From a virus (taxonomy: Duplodnaviria > Caudoviricetes), in the IMG/VR virus record IMGVR_UViG_3300044216_003192, positions 1 to 24,019 of that record: a stretch of 24,019 nt of DNA; one strand, given 5' to 3'. Both the position numbers and the translations under genes were made by a program. Positions within the stretch are counted from its first letter, which is position 1, and every line of letters starts with the position of its first letter. The notes below the pieces were generated by a model. It did not search any database and was not told where the DNA came from. It was given only the letters and a program-made list of their open reading frames with translations. Positions 23,829 through 24,019 of this stretch are shown piece after piece.

Positions 23829-24019
23829 AACGCTTATAAAAAAACTTGACGCTAATTTCTCTTTATATATGCGTTTGAAATACGCAAACAAAAATGGTAT
23901 TGTAGATTGTTATACTTGTGGTAAATCATACCACTACAAAAAAATACAGAACGGTCATTTTATAAGTCGTAAACATTACTCAACTAGATGGAATGAAAAC
24001 AATTGTCGTCCACAATGTT
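23809..24019 (+). CDS. ninG: NinG/Rap-like HNH recombination endonuclease (3'-truncated); not in the ORF track
   Basis: MKKTSRKTLIKKLDANFSLYMRLKYA...CYTCG...QNGHFISRKHYSTRWNENNCRPQC: CxxC, GHF.SR and RW.E.N...QC motifs. Confidence 0.85.
   Translation, partial: MKKTSRKTLIKKLDANFSLYMRLKYANKNGIVDCYTCGKSYHYKKIQNGHFISRKHYSTRWNENNCRPQC

Noticed and set aside
1-24019. CRISPR array, tRNA, integrase/transposase, intron/intein, DGR, alternative genetic code
   Set aside because: I saw no regularly spaced repeats, cloverleafs, recombinase or RT motifs, or split genes by eye, and all three stop codons end coupled genes normally. Dedicated scans were not run.

Overview
AT-rich (roughly 30% GC by eye) segment of a tailed dsDNA phage genome with a predicted siphovirus-type tail. 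The host is very probably a Bacteroidota/Flavobacteriia member: TAnnTTTG host-type promoters are present and there are no Shine-Dalgarno leaders. The window holds almost the whole virion module in a non-canonical order: terminase large subunit (3' part), tail-assembly chaperone with a -1 frameshift, tail terminator/completion genes, tail-tip genes, tape measure, multidomain prohead protease, scaffold, decoration-like protein, major capsid, tail tube, portal, adaptor and an S74-chaperone tail fibre. It continues into a lysis cassette, an orphan adenine methyltransferase and the start of a NinG-like gene. Two islands of accessory genes (741-1650 and 14420-17200) interrupt the structural genes. 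Highlights read directly from the DNA: (1) a perfect canonical chromosomal parS site, TGTTCCACGTGAAACA, inside an accessory gene; (2) six accessory cassettes with a shared design of host-type -7 box 29-31 nt before the ATG, near-identical leader and related terminators; (3) a separate bipartite motif, CAAAA-N14-CGATA, with its C exactly 12 nt before the ATG of each structural operon, a candidate phage-specific late promoter for leaderless mRNA; (4) several small genes missed by the ORF track. Protein assignments come from motif recognition and context only; no database search was run.
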